The notes under the pieces are model-generated. The model made no database searches, was not told where the DNA came from, and was given only the letters and a program-made list of their open reading frames with translations. A stretch of 64,000 nucleotides of DNA. Origin: an uncultured delta proteobacterium (GTDB lineage Bacteria; Desulfobacterota; Binatia; UBA9968). Of this stretch, positions 9,872 to 18,450 are shown in pieces (position 1 is the stretch's first letter; every line of letters starts with the position of its first letter). The position numbers and the translations under genes were made by a program. The stretch is from positions 32,001 through 96,000 of the forward strand of contig CAVSHR010000009.1 of NCBI GenBank assembly GCA_963727625.1, read 5' to 3'.

Positions 9872-11044
9872 ATGGGAAATGACTTAAATAAAATTCGCAT
9901 CGACCATATCGGCAGCATGGTGCGCCCGGAGAATCTGAAAGAGGTGTTTGCTCGTTTCGATCGCGGCCATGCGACCCGGGAAGAACTGTCAAAAGCCCAG
10001 GACGAAGCGATCCGCGACCTAATCCAAAAGCAGGAAGCCCATGGCTTGCCGGTGGTCACCGACGGCGAGTTTCGCCGCCACAGCTTCCAGGAAAGTTTCT
10101 CCGAATGTGTCACCGGCTTCGACGTGCCCAAAAATGTCGAGCTCTACTACGAGCAGCGCGATCTCAATCAAACACCGCTGGAACGAGCGGAGCAAAACTT
10201 CGATGACTCCGGACCGGCGATCATCACCCGGCGTGGCGCCGACGAGCGGCTCGGGCTCATCCGCAACCTTCCATTGGAAGAATTACGCTACGCCCAGAGC
10301 GTCGCGAAAGTCCCGGTGAAAGTCACCGTCCTCGGACCGGACCGCATCGCCCAGCGTTTCAAATGGGAAACGTCGCTCGATATTTATAAAGGCCTCGATG
10401 ATTTTGTCGAGCACGTGGTTCAAATCGAACGGCAAATCATCGCAGATTTGGTCAAGGCGGGCTGCAAATACATCCAGATCGACGCTCCAGGCTACACTGC
10501 CTACGTCGACAAGGTTTCGCTAGAGCGTATGCGCTCCCGCGGCGAAGATCCGCATAGAAACTTCCAGCGCTCCATCGACGCCGACAACGCGCTTATCGAA
10601 GGCTTTCCGGGCGTGACTTTCGGCATTCACATCTGCCGCGGCAACGCCCGCACCGTCGATCCAAAGACCGGCAAGCTCGTACCGCAATGGCATCGGGAAG
10701 GATCCTACGACGCCATCGCGGAAAAACTGTTCAACACCCTCAAGCACCAGCGCCTGCTGCTCGAATACGACAGCGACCGTGCCGGCGGCTTCGAGCCGCT
10801 GCGGCTCGTACCTAAAGATAAGATCGTGGTTCTGGGTCTGGTCTCAACCAAGGACTCGGACATGGAAACCGTCGACGACTTGAAACACCGTATCGACCAG
10901 GCCGGTAAATTTCTGCCCATCGATCAACTCGCCTTGAGCCCCCAATGCGGCTTCGGTGGCATCGACTCGAAAGTGCTCAGCGAAGCGGAAATGTGGAAAA
11001 AGTTGGAGACGATCGTCAAGACCGCGCGACAGGTTTGGCTTTAG
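9872..11044 (+). CDS. Cobalamin-independent methionine synthase II family protein (single barrel)
   Basis: DHIGS, TDGEFRR, HICRGN, LEYD and LSPQCGF zinc-ligand motifs; GGAGG RBS. Confidence 0.85.
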   Translation: MGNDLNKIRIDHIGSMVRPENLKEVFARFDRGHATREELSKAQDEAIRDLIQKQEAHGLPVVTDGEFRRHSFQESFSECVTGFDVPKNVELYYEQRDLNQTPLERAEQNFDDSGPAIITRRGADERLGLIRNLPLEELRYAQSVAKVPVKVTVLGPDRIAQRFKWETSLDIYKGLDDFVEHVVQIERQIIADLVKAGCKYIQIDAPGYTAYVDKVSLERMRSRGEDPHRNFQRSIDADNALIEGFPGVTFGIHICRGNARTVDPKTGKLVPQWHREGSYDAIAEKLFNTLKHQRLLLEYDSDRAGGFEPLRLVPKDKIVVLGLVSTKDSDMETVDDLKHRIDQAGKFLPIDQLALSPQCGFGGIDSKVLSEAEMWKKLETIVKTARQVWL

Positions 11045-11451
11045 CGCCGCGAGGCTTTAGGAACGTTCCCAGTAGCACGTTCGATACTTTTCAAGCTCGC
11101 GACGGTGTTGGTTGATACGGTTAGGATGACTATTTGACTGCGTGATCTAGACCCTATTTCACGAGCAATGACTCAAAAATCAGCTATTAAGCCTACATCC
11201 AAATGGGGCAAATCCCGCGCGCAAACGCAATTGCTCGCTTCGGGTGATGCGGTTAACCGGAAGGGATGCTCCGTATTTTTAGCATCGTACGATCTAAGCG
11301 CGGGCTTGCATTGATCTTTGTGGCAATTTTTCATGCGACGGAGTAAACTCAGATTTCAAAGTTGCTGGTCAGAATTGATTTCCGTTTCAGAATTCCAACC
11401 CGGCAGCCCAGCGATTGTGTAAACGTCGTCGAACCAAAGTATTTGAACGCT

Positions 11452-12003
11452 ATGTCGTTACGACTTGAGAATGATTCGGTTGTACTGACGCCGGTTTACA
11501 AGGATTGGAAGGCACTCTCATTGCTACTCCCAGAGTTAGACCGTGCCCTCGCGCGGAGTGATTTCAAGGCACGAGTCGTGCTGGTTGATGACGGGTCCAC
11601 AGTCCCAGACCCCGCAACGCTTAGTCAATGTCATTTCGAATCGATAATCAGCGTCGAACTCGTATCACTTCACCGTAACCTCGGTCACCAACGCGCTATC
11701 GCGGTAGGACTTTGCTATATCGGAGCGAACCTGCAACAGAGTACGGTTTCGATTATGGACTCAGACGGTGAAGACGATCCCAAGGACGTTTTACGGCTGG
11801 TTCAGGAATGTGTGGCCCAACGAAACGAGAAGTGCGTCTTTGCCGCTTGGACCAGTCGTTCGGAAGGTTGGCGATTCACCTTCTGTTATCACCTGTATCG
11901 TCTCATTCACTTTCTGCTAACGGGAATCCGTGTGCGCGTAGGAACCTTCAGTGTCATTCCGCCGCTGGCTTTGAAGCGGCTCGTGGCGGCATCAGGCAGT
12001 TGA
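11452..12003 (+). pseudogene. Glycosyltransferase family 2, C-terminally truncated
   Basis: LTPVYKDW, VDDGS, RNLGHQRAIAVGL and MDSDGED motifs. Stops abruptly after ...LKRLVAASGS without the usual C-terminal region. Confidence 0.65.
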
Positions 12004-12218
12004 AATCCGATACATACATTGAACAGAATCTTACCTATCTCGATTCAATTGGGAGGTTGCTATCCCTCGGCAATGCGGTTGTGCTTCGCCGGGCGATGCC
12101 AACCGAAGCTCAGATCCTTACTTGGGACCGCCTCTGCATACCCGTTTCGCGACTCGTCGATCGGCTCATGTTGGGCACCGTTGGGAAATCTATTCTAGCC
12201 GTATCGCGCAAGCAATGA
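12000..12218 (+). pseudogene. C-terminal fragment of a class I SAM-dependent methyltransferase-like protein
   Basis: YLDSIGRLLSLGN..PTEAQILTWDRLCIPVSRLVD..GKSILAV resembles methyltransferase tails found in glycosylation loci. No SAM-binding N-terminus or start codon present. Confidence 0.5.
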
Positions 12219-13459
12219 TCTTGTCGATAATAGCCCGCGGACACGGCAACCGAATCATTAGAAAGATGAATCTGCGGACCAGCGCGCGTTTTTGCGTGAT
12301 TATTTGTCTTATTTGTGCACTCGATCGGTCAACTGTGTTTGCCGAAGCCCATCCTGCCTCTGGCACGGGCGTTCAAACAGATTTTGTGGAATTTTGGGCG
12401 GCATCGCGATTGCTCATCAATGGTGGAAACCCATTCTCGCCTGTCCAGGTCTTAGACCTGCAGCAATCGGTAGGGTATAGCGATGCCAAACCGCTCTTGA
12501 TGTGGCATCCGCCGTGGGCCCTTTCATTCGTTTTACCGGTCGGCGTTCTGGACTACGGGCTCAGCCAATTTGTTTGGCTAACCCTACACATTTTCTTCAT
12601 ATTGTTTTCGGCACAAAAACTATGGGCGATTTATAGTCCAACAGCACGACAAGCGTATTTGCCGTGGATTGCCGCATTCACTTTTGTTCCAACCTTGATG
12701 GTATTGATAATAGGGCAGATTACCCCGCTCGTCCTGCTTGGGATTGTCGGCTTTCTCTATTTTGAAAGGAAAAATCAGTTATTCTTGGCGGGCTTATCAA
12801 CAACAGCCATATCAATCAAACCGCATCTAGTCTATCTATTTTGGCTCGCATTGCTGCTTTGGGTCTGGAATCAAGGTCGCTGGCGGGTTGTGTATGGTGC
12901 AATGGTAGCTGGCTTAATTGTCGTCATCATACCCGCGATCATCGATCCTGCGGTATATTACCAGTTTATAGAAATGTACCGGGTCCCTGGACAATCGACC
13001 CCATTTGAATTGCCTGCACCAAGTATCGGAACTTTCCTAACGCATTACATCCCCCATGGAAATTTGCCGATTCAATTCCTACCACCGCTCCTAGGAATAT
13101 TATGGATTTTGTGGCATTGGCAAAGTCATAAGGAGAATTGGAATTGGTCTGAACAAGTTCCGTTGATAATATTGGTATCTCTCAATCTGAGTCCGTACGC
13201 TTGGACGTACGATCAGGTTCTTCTACTCCCCGCGGTTATCCATGGTTTCGTGATTATGAGCCGGCAGAGTTTTTCGTGGCATAAGTCCGGGTTCTGGCTT
13301 TTGTACAGTGGGGTTAATGCATGCTATTTTGCAGGCAAGCTTATTGTAACCACGGACTTATATTATTTTTGGCTAGCTCCTGCGTTTCTGTTAATATACT
13401 TAGGAATAAGTGCCAGTTCTCGCAGCAGCATTCCGGAAAGGTCTTATGGAGTTACTTGA
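12215..13459 (+). CDS. GT-C fold membrane glycosyltransferase (GT87/DUF2029-like)
   Basis: DFVEFWAA, HPPW, GQITP, IKPH and PYAWTYD motifs; multiple TM segments. ATGA overlap with the upstream fragment. Confidence 0.75.
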   Translation: MILSIIARGHGNRIIRKMNLRTSARFCVIICLICALDRSTVFAEAHPASGTGVQTDFVEFWAASRLLINGGNPFSPVQVLDLQQSVGYSDAKPLLMWHPPWALSFVLPVGVLDYGLSQFVWLTLHIFFILFSAQKLWAIYSPTARQAYLPWIAAFTFVPTLMVLIIGQITPLVLLGIVGFLYFERKNQLFLAGLSTTAISIKPHLVYLFWLALLLWVWNQGRWRVVYGAMVAGLIVVIIPAIIDPAVYYQFIEMYRVPGQSTPFELPAPSIGTFLTHYIPHGNLPIQFLPPLLGILWILWHWQSHKENWNWSEQVPLIILVSLNLSPYAWTYDQVLLLPAVIHGFVIMSRQSFSWHKSGFWLLYSGVNACYFAGKLIVTTDLYYFWLAPAFLLIYLGISASSRSSIPERSYGVT

Positions 13460-13700
13460 AACGAATATCGTTCGATTGAGCAAGTTCAACAGCGGATACG
13501 GATTGAGACGGAGCGTTCTAAGTTTAAGCCGGTACATATTTCAAAGTTAGCGGGGACCCTCAGAACCGAATGCGGCTTCGGCGGCATCCACTCGAAAGGT
13601 TTTTACGAAGATGAAATTGGTCAGAGGTTAGGTAAATTGTCGAAACCGCGCAATGAATTTGCGCACCAACTCTAACAACGTACACCTAACAAGATCTCAG

Positions 13701-13970
13701 CTATACTTCGCTCAGCCACTCTTCATGCACATCAACCCAGATTGAATCTTGATCACCGCAGTTCGACACTTCGCTGAGATCAAAACGGACGGTATAGAGC
13801 GGTTTATGGATGCCGCGGTGATCCCTAACATTTTCAAGAATACCGTGGACTAAACCGATGACGCCGCGTTTGCCGCGAATATAATGCGGAGTGCGCGGGT
13901 TGCCGGCGGGATTTTCCGCGGCGACCAGGACGGCATCGCCTATCTTGTACTTACTGGAGCTGAATTCCAT
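13701..13970 (-). CDS. Stand-alone nitrile hydratase beta-subunit C-terminal (SH3-like) domain; thiocyanate hydrolase alpha-like
   Basis: YKIGDAV, RTPHYIRGKRGVI, PLYTVRF and VDVHEEWL match the NHase beta C-terminal pattern. Confidence 0.85.
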   Translation of the reverse strand: MEFSSSKYKIGDAVLVAAENPAGNPRTPHYIRGKRGVIGLVHGILENVRDHRGIHKPLYTVRFDLSEVSNCGDQDSIWVDVHEEWLSEV

Positions 13971-13979
13971 CGTTCTCTC

Positions 13980-15053
13980 TCAGTCCGGGCGAACTCTCGG
14001 CGCTTCCGGCGTCGCTCCGGCTCTTTCGGCCGCTTGCTGTTGGGCCGGTTCCAGCGCGTAGCCCGCGCCGATTAAGCTGTCGACCGTGACGAGCTTGGCC
14101 AATTCTTCTTCGGCCATTCCCTCGATCCCGGCGGGCCGCTGCGGCAAAACGAAATAACGAACATCGGAGGTGCTGTCCCAGACTCGGACCTCTTTACGCT
14201 CCGGAACTTTCAACCCGAACATATCCTGGACGCATTGGCGCGGGTTCTGGACGATATTGGTCCGGTAGCTTTCGTGCTTGTACCACCAGGGGGTGTCGCC
14301 GAGGATATCGTAGGGGTAGCAGGAGCACAGCGTACAGACGATCACGTTATGCACCGCGTCGGTGTTCTCGACGACGACCAGCTTACCGACTTTCCCCTGG
14401 TGCACACCCATTTCTCGAAGCGCTTCCCTGCCCGTCGTTAGGAGCGCCTCTTTAAAAGCCGGGTCCGTCCATGCCTTGGCCACAATCACGCCGCCGGCCC
14501 ATGGACGTTCTTCATGGAGCTGCCTCCAGCGCTGTTCCAACTCCGCTCGAGTTGCCCAGCCGCGCAGGATCAGCGCCTGAACGAAAACCTCGAGCAGCTC
14601 GGAATAGTCTTTCAGGTCCTGCTGCACACTCGCCATGCGCTCCTCAAGTTCACCTTGGTGTTCTTTCTTTTTGATCTTGAAAAAGTCGTCGTAGTCGCCG
14701 CGCTCCTTGCGGTTGTCCTCGGTCACCATGTCCATGCCTTCGACGGCGCGCGCCGAGACCAGAGCGATGCCCTTGACGTATTCATCGAGCCATTCCTCTA
14801 AGTAACGCACCCGGGCCTCGATGTTTTTTCCCTGCGGTTTGGCGATCTTGAAAAAATGGTCCTTCTTTTTGAGCGTCTCGCGAACTTTGAGCAGGTCATA
14901 AAACGTTACCACCCCGCGCCGCAGCAAGTATATAATCCTCGGCTCGAAGCGCTTGGCGCGATAATACTCCAGATCTTCTTCGACCGCTTTGATATGCGCG
15001 AGGTAGTCGTGCATATGACCTTCGAACGGCTTGTGTCCATGCTTTCCCGACAT
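13980..15053 (-). CDS. Co-type nitrile hydratase alpha / thiocyanate hydrolase gamma-like subunit with ~150-aa N-terminal extension
   Basis: VAKAWTDPAFK, VENT..VHNVIVCTLCSCYP, WYK..YR and VWDSTSDVRYFVLPQRP motifs; GGAGG RBS. Confidence 0.9.
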   Translation of the reverse strand: MSGKHGHKPFEGHMHDYLAHIKAVEEDLEYYRAKRFEPRIIYLLRRGVVTFYDLLKVRETLKKKDHFFKIAKPQGKNIEARVRYLEEWLDEYVKGIALVSARAVEGMDMVTEDNRKERGDYDDFFKIKKKEHQGELEERMASVQQDLKDYSELLEVFVQALILRGWATRAELEQRWRQLHEERPWAGGVIVAKAWTDPAFKEALLTTGREALREMGVHQGKVGKLVVVENTDAVHNVIVCTLCSCYPYDILGDTPWWYKHESYRTNIVQNPRQCVQDMFGLKVPERKEVRVWDSTSDVRYFVLPQRPAGIEGMAEEELAKLVTVDSLIGAGYALEPAQQQAAERAGATPEAPRVRPD

Positions 15054-15075
15054 CGTTCCTCCGAATCGATCTACA

Positions 15076-16791
15076 TCAGTGGGTATCGAATATCTCCTGG
15101 AACTGTTTCAACTTGGCTTTGGTCGCTTCAGTCTCAGCTGCCGTCGGTTTCATGGCATCGACAGCCGGCGGCAAACAACCGAACTTCATCAGGCATGCCA
15201 TCAATAACAGCCGCGCCTTCGTGGCCGTTAAGTTACTGCCGGCAATCGATAACGGGTCGCGCGTCGGATCGACGAAGCCGCCGGCGTTGCCGCGGCCGAC
15301 CTTGACCACCGGCATGCCGCTAAACACGGCGCGCTTGAGCGCCGCATTGACAGAGTTGCTCATGGCGCCGAACGGCGCCGATCCTTCGGCGACAAAACCG
15401 GCCAATGGCGCATCGCGCAAGTTTTTCTCGATCCGGGCCAAGATGTCGACCTCGCTGCTGGCGTCGCCCGAAGTATCCGGCGGCAGGTAGCGCGCGTGCT
15501 TGACAATGGTGACCGTCGGAATCGCGCTAGCAAGCATCTCTCCATTCGCGTCTTTAACGGCGATGGCGATCTTTTCAACCTTTGAACCTTGAACCCTAGA
15601 ACCTTGAACGTCTCTGGGAAACTGCGTCAAATTCACCGCTGACCGGTGCGTATGCCGCTTCACCGGCTTAAATGTGAACTGCGGCGCTCCGGGATGGCCC
15701 ATGCGGCCGATGATGCCGCCATGACCGCCGGTGGCGACATAGCCGCCGGGGCGAGCGTCGGATTTTTGCACGTCGCGCGAAGTGAAAATCTGCTCGTCGA
15801 GGATCGCCACCGCGCCGACGCAGTCACGGCCGTTTTCATCGGCCCAGATCCGCGAAGCGATGTAGTCCACCGAGTCGACGATGTTGCGATCGCCGTCGTT
15901 GGCGATGGCGCCGTGAGGCCGCTGGGACGAATTTCCGCAAATCGGCACTGCCGTATCGATCAGCAAGTTCAGCCAGTAGGTCGTCTCTTCGACAAACGGG
16001 CTGCCTTCGAGCCAGATCGCGCCCAAGTATTTGCCGCTCGCGAGCGCCCGTTGAACGGTATTGGTCAGCCGCGCCAGCGCCGCCATGGGAGGTTCTTTGC
16101 GCAAGTAGCCTGGCCGGTAAGGAAAGAAATCGACGCCGCGCGTCTCGGGCGCGATGTCTCCTTCGCCGATATCGGTGCGCTCCTCGCCGCGCCGGCCGGT
16201 TGGATAACCGCCGGAAGGCAAGGCGCGGTAAAAATCGAAGTTGGCTTTTCTACTTATGAGGCATCCCACACCTTCGTCGGAGATACCTAAACGATCGATC
16301 TCTTCGAACAGCCGCGAGCCGTCGGGGAAGAAAGGAACGCGGCATAATTCGGCGGGCGCGTTCTTTTCCGTGCCGTCCATCTCCCATGCTTGTCCGTTCG
16401 CCTGCCGCGCCATGTAGGGCAGGGGATAGAGACCATCTTCAGGTCTGAGCGTTACTTCGTACACCGGCCGATCGATCGGGCTGGTGCGCTCCTTGTGAAT
16501 GATCCCGGCACCGTCGAGATAGCCGTCAGGAGGAGCGTAGAGTTCAGCCGAGTCGCGTTCGAGCGGATGGGCGCTAAACTGTTCGATGTAAACGGTTACC
16601 GGCGCCGCCAGGCGCTGCGGGCGCAGGACGTCGAAGCGCATCGACGACCCGTCCGCGTGGGCGCGCGCCGGCAAGCCGTACCGCTCGCGCGCTTTATTGC
16701 TGGTCACCAGCGGTTCGGTGTTCTGAATGGTTGCGGTGGGTCCGGAAAAAATCGCGATACGCGGTTTCTCGCCGCCGTCTACATGGACCAC
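15076..16791 (-). CDS. Large asparaginase/glutaminase-fold protein with divergent active-site motifs
   Basis: IAIFSGPTATI, EGSPFVEETTYWL, SQRP, GMPVVKVGR and GSNLTATKARLLLM follow the asparaginase motif order. Long insertion after the first motif. Confidence 0.7.
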   Translation of the reverse strand: MVHVDGGEKPRIAIFSGPTATIQNTEPLVTSNKARERYGLPARAHADGSSMRFDVLRPQRLAAPVTVYIEQFSAHPLERDSAELYAPPDGYLDGAGIIHKERTSPIDRPVYEVTLRPEDGLYPLPYMARQANGQAWEMDGTEKNAPAELCRVPFFPDGSRLFEEIDRLGISDEGVGCLISRKANFDFYRALPSGGYPTGRRGEERTDIGEGDIAPETRGVDFFPYRPGYLRKEPPMAALARLTNTVQRALASGKYLGAIWLEGSPFVEETTYWLNLLIDTAVPICGNSSQRPHGAIANDGDRNIVDSVDYIASRIWADENGRDCVGAVAILDEQIFTSRDVQKSDARPGGYVATGGHGGIIGRMGHPGAPQFTFKPVKRHTHRSAVNLTQFPRDVQGSRVQGSKVEKIAIAVKDANGEMLASAIPTVTIVKHARYLPPDTSGDASSEVDILARIEKNLRDAPLAGFVAEGSAPFGAMSNSVNAALKRAVFSGMPVVKVGRGNAGGFVDPTRDPLSIAGSNLTATKARLLLMACLMKFGCLPPAVDAMKPTAAETEATKAKLKQFQEIFDTH

Positions 16792-16854
16792 AGAATTCTC
16801 CTTCTAAATGAGATCGACTGTTTACGGCACAGGAGTAGTGCTAGATCGCCGATG

Positions 16855-17436
16855 CTACTTCAATTCGAACGGAATTTGTTCCGGTCCGTATCCCTGCCAA
16901 TAATTATTCGCCGCCGGATCGTAACGTCCCTGCAAGAAGCCGCCGGCCTTCTCGGCCCGGATGATAATCGCAACTGTCCGCTCCTCGCCGCTTTCCTCGG
17001 CGTGGATCTGGTAGGGCGGCACGAGGTCAACCTTGCCGGGCCCAACTCTGACATTTTCGCTGCGGCGAATCTCGGCGTAATCCGGCTTAGAGCCGTCGTC
17101 GAGGCGCTCGTAGCGTTCGATGCTTTCGTGCCCGTCGAGCACGCCGTAGAGAGTCCAGTTGTGCGCGTGGTCGTGAATCTGAGTGCGGGATTTGGGCGCC
17201 TTGATCAGGCCGTTGATCACGAACTTGTAGTCTGGGTCCTCGTAAAAGAGGAGATTTTGCGCCCTGCCGATTTGCTGGCAGGTCGGCCAACTCTTCGATT
17301 GTTCCCGAACCGACGGATCGGCGAGCAACGCCTGCAAAACAGGTGTCATCTTTTGCCAGCGAACCGATGGATCCTTTTCTTCAGCGAAAAGCTCGCGCGT
17401 CGACGCGATAAATTTTTCCACGGCGGTCTGAGGCAT
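16855..17436 (-). CDS. Cysteine dioxygenase-like cupin
   Basis: IHDH..WTLYGVLDGHE..Y plus a distal IH give a 3-His cupin metal site. Confidence 0.7.
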   Translation of the reverse strand: MPQTAVEKFIASTRELFAEEKDPSVRWQKMTPVLQALLADPSVREQSKSWPTCQQIGRAQNLLFYEDPDYKFVINGLIKAPKSRTQIHDHAHNWTLYGVLDGHESIERYERLDDGSKPDYAEIRRSENVRVGPGKVDLVPPYQIHAEESGEERTVAIIIRAEKAGGFLQGRYDPAANNYWQGYGPEQIPFELK

Positions 17437-17797
17437 GGAACCCTCCTTGGTACGGTTTTCAAGAGAGTGCTACTGGGTTAATTATTAGTCTGTCCGGAAG
17501 GCGGGCGTCAAGCGCGCCTAAGACAATCCAGCGTGCCAATCCGCGGATGAAAGGTTTAGAGAACTCAGAGAAACGAAAAACAAGGAGCGATGAAATCTTT
17601 TCCCCTACAGGTCATTCCCGAAACCTGACCAAGAAAGTGACAGCACAGCGGCTGCGTGGGACGCGACGACCTACCGAACCGCGTAAAGTCCATTAAACCA
17701 GCATTGCCGAACGACGGCCATTCAATTTGTAACTGTCCCCGCACTACACAAACGCTAAAATTACCGCTAGAATCCATGCTGCCTGGTAGTTCTAGTC

Positions 17798-18445
17798 ATG
17801 GAAGCATCAAAATTTAAGTTCCTGCTTGTCGGCGCCGTGGTCATCGCTATAGGGGTCGCTCTCGGCACGGCGCTATGGCTCAAGCTTGGACCCCATAACC
17901 AATTCAGTCGAGGTCTGCTCGAAGGCGGCGACGGCATGAAGGATTATGGTGCGGTTCCGGACTTCTCCTTGACGGAAAGAAACGGCAGTACCATAAATCT
18001 AACCCAGCTCCACGGCAAAATCTGGGTTGCAGACTTTATTTATACGAGCTGCACCGACACCTGTCCGCTGCAAACGGCGATGATGGCCAAGCTCCAAGAG
18101 AAATACGCAGACAAGCCGAATGTCCAACTGGTCTCGTTCAGTGTCGATCCCGAACGTGACACGCCCCAAGCGCTTACTGTCTACGCCGAGAAATACCAGT
18201 CCGATCCCAAACGCTGGTTTTTCTTGACCGGGCAGCGCAATCGAATTATTAGCCTGGTCCAGGAAGGTTTTCATTTGGCCGTGGCCGCGATCCCCGATGA
18301 TAAGGACCCGAGCGGCACGATTCCGCATAGCTCGCGCTTTGTGCTGGTGGACAAAAGCGGCCGAATTCGCGGGTATTACGACAGCCGCGAGCTGGAAGCG
18401 TTCGTGCGCCTTAAGAATGACATCGATACTTTGGTGAAAGGGTAA
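17798..18445 (+). CDS. SCO family copper chaperone
   Basis: N-terminal TM segment, FIYTSCTDTCP (CxxxC), SVDPERDTP and HSSRFVLVD. Confidence 0.92.
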   Translation: MEASKFKFLLVGAVVIAIGVALGTALWLKLGPHNQFSRGLLEGGDGMKDYGAVPDFSLTERNGSTINLTQLHGKIWVADFIYTSCTDTCPLQTAMMAKLQEKYADKPNVQLVSFSVDPERDTPQALTVYAEKYQSDPKRWFFLTGQRNRIISLVQEGFHLAVAAIPDDKDPSGTIPHSSRFVLVDKSGRIRGYYDSRELEAFVRLKNDIDTLVKG

Positions 18446-18450
18446 CAAAG

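Noticed and set aside
12001-12003. TGA ending the GT2 ORF as possible selenocysteine
   Set aside because: Not at a Cys-type catalytic position, and the recognisable downstream sequence is in another frame and family.
13980-15053. Nitrile hydratase-like leader peptide (NHLP) RiPP precursor
   Set aside because: The full metal-binding CTLCSC region is retained, and no Gly-Gly core peptide or RiPP maturation genes are present.
16390-17481. 363-aa plus-strand ORF
   Set aside because: Antisense to the cupin and asparaginase-like genes; no recognisable domain.
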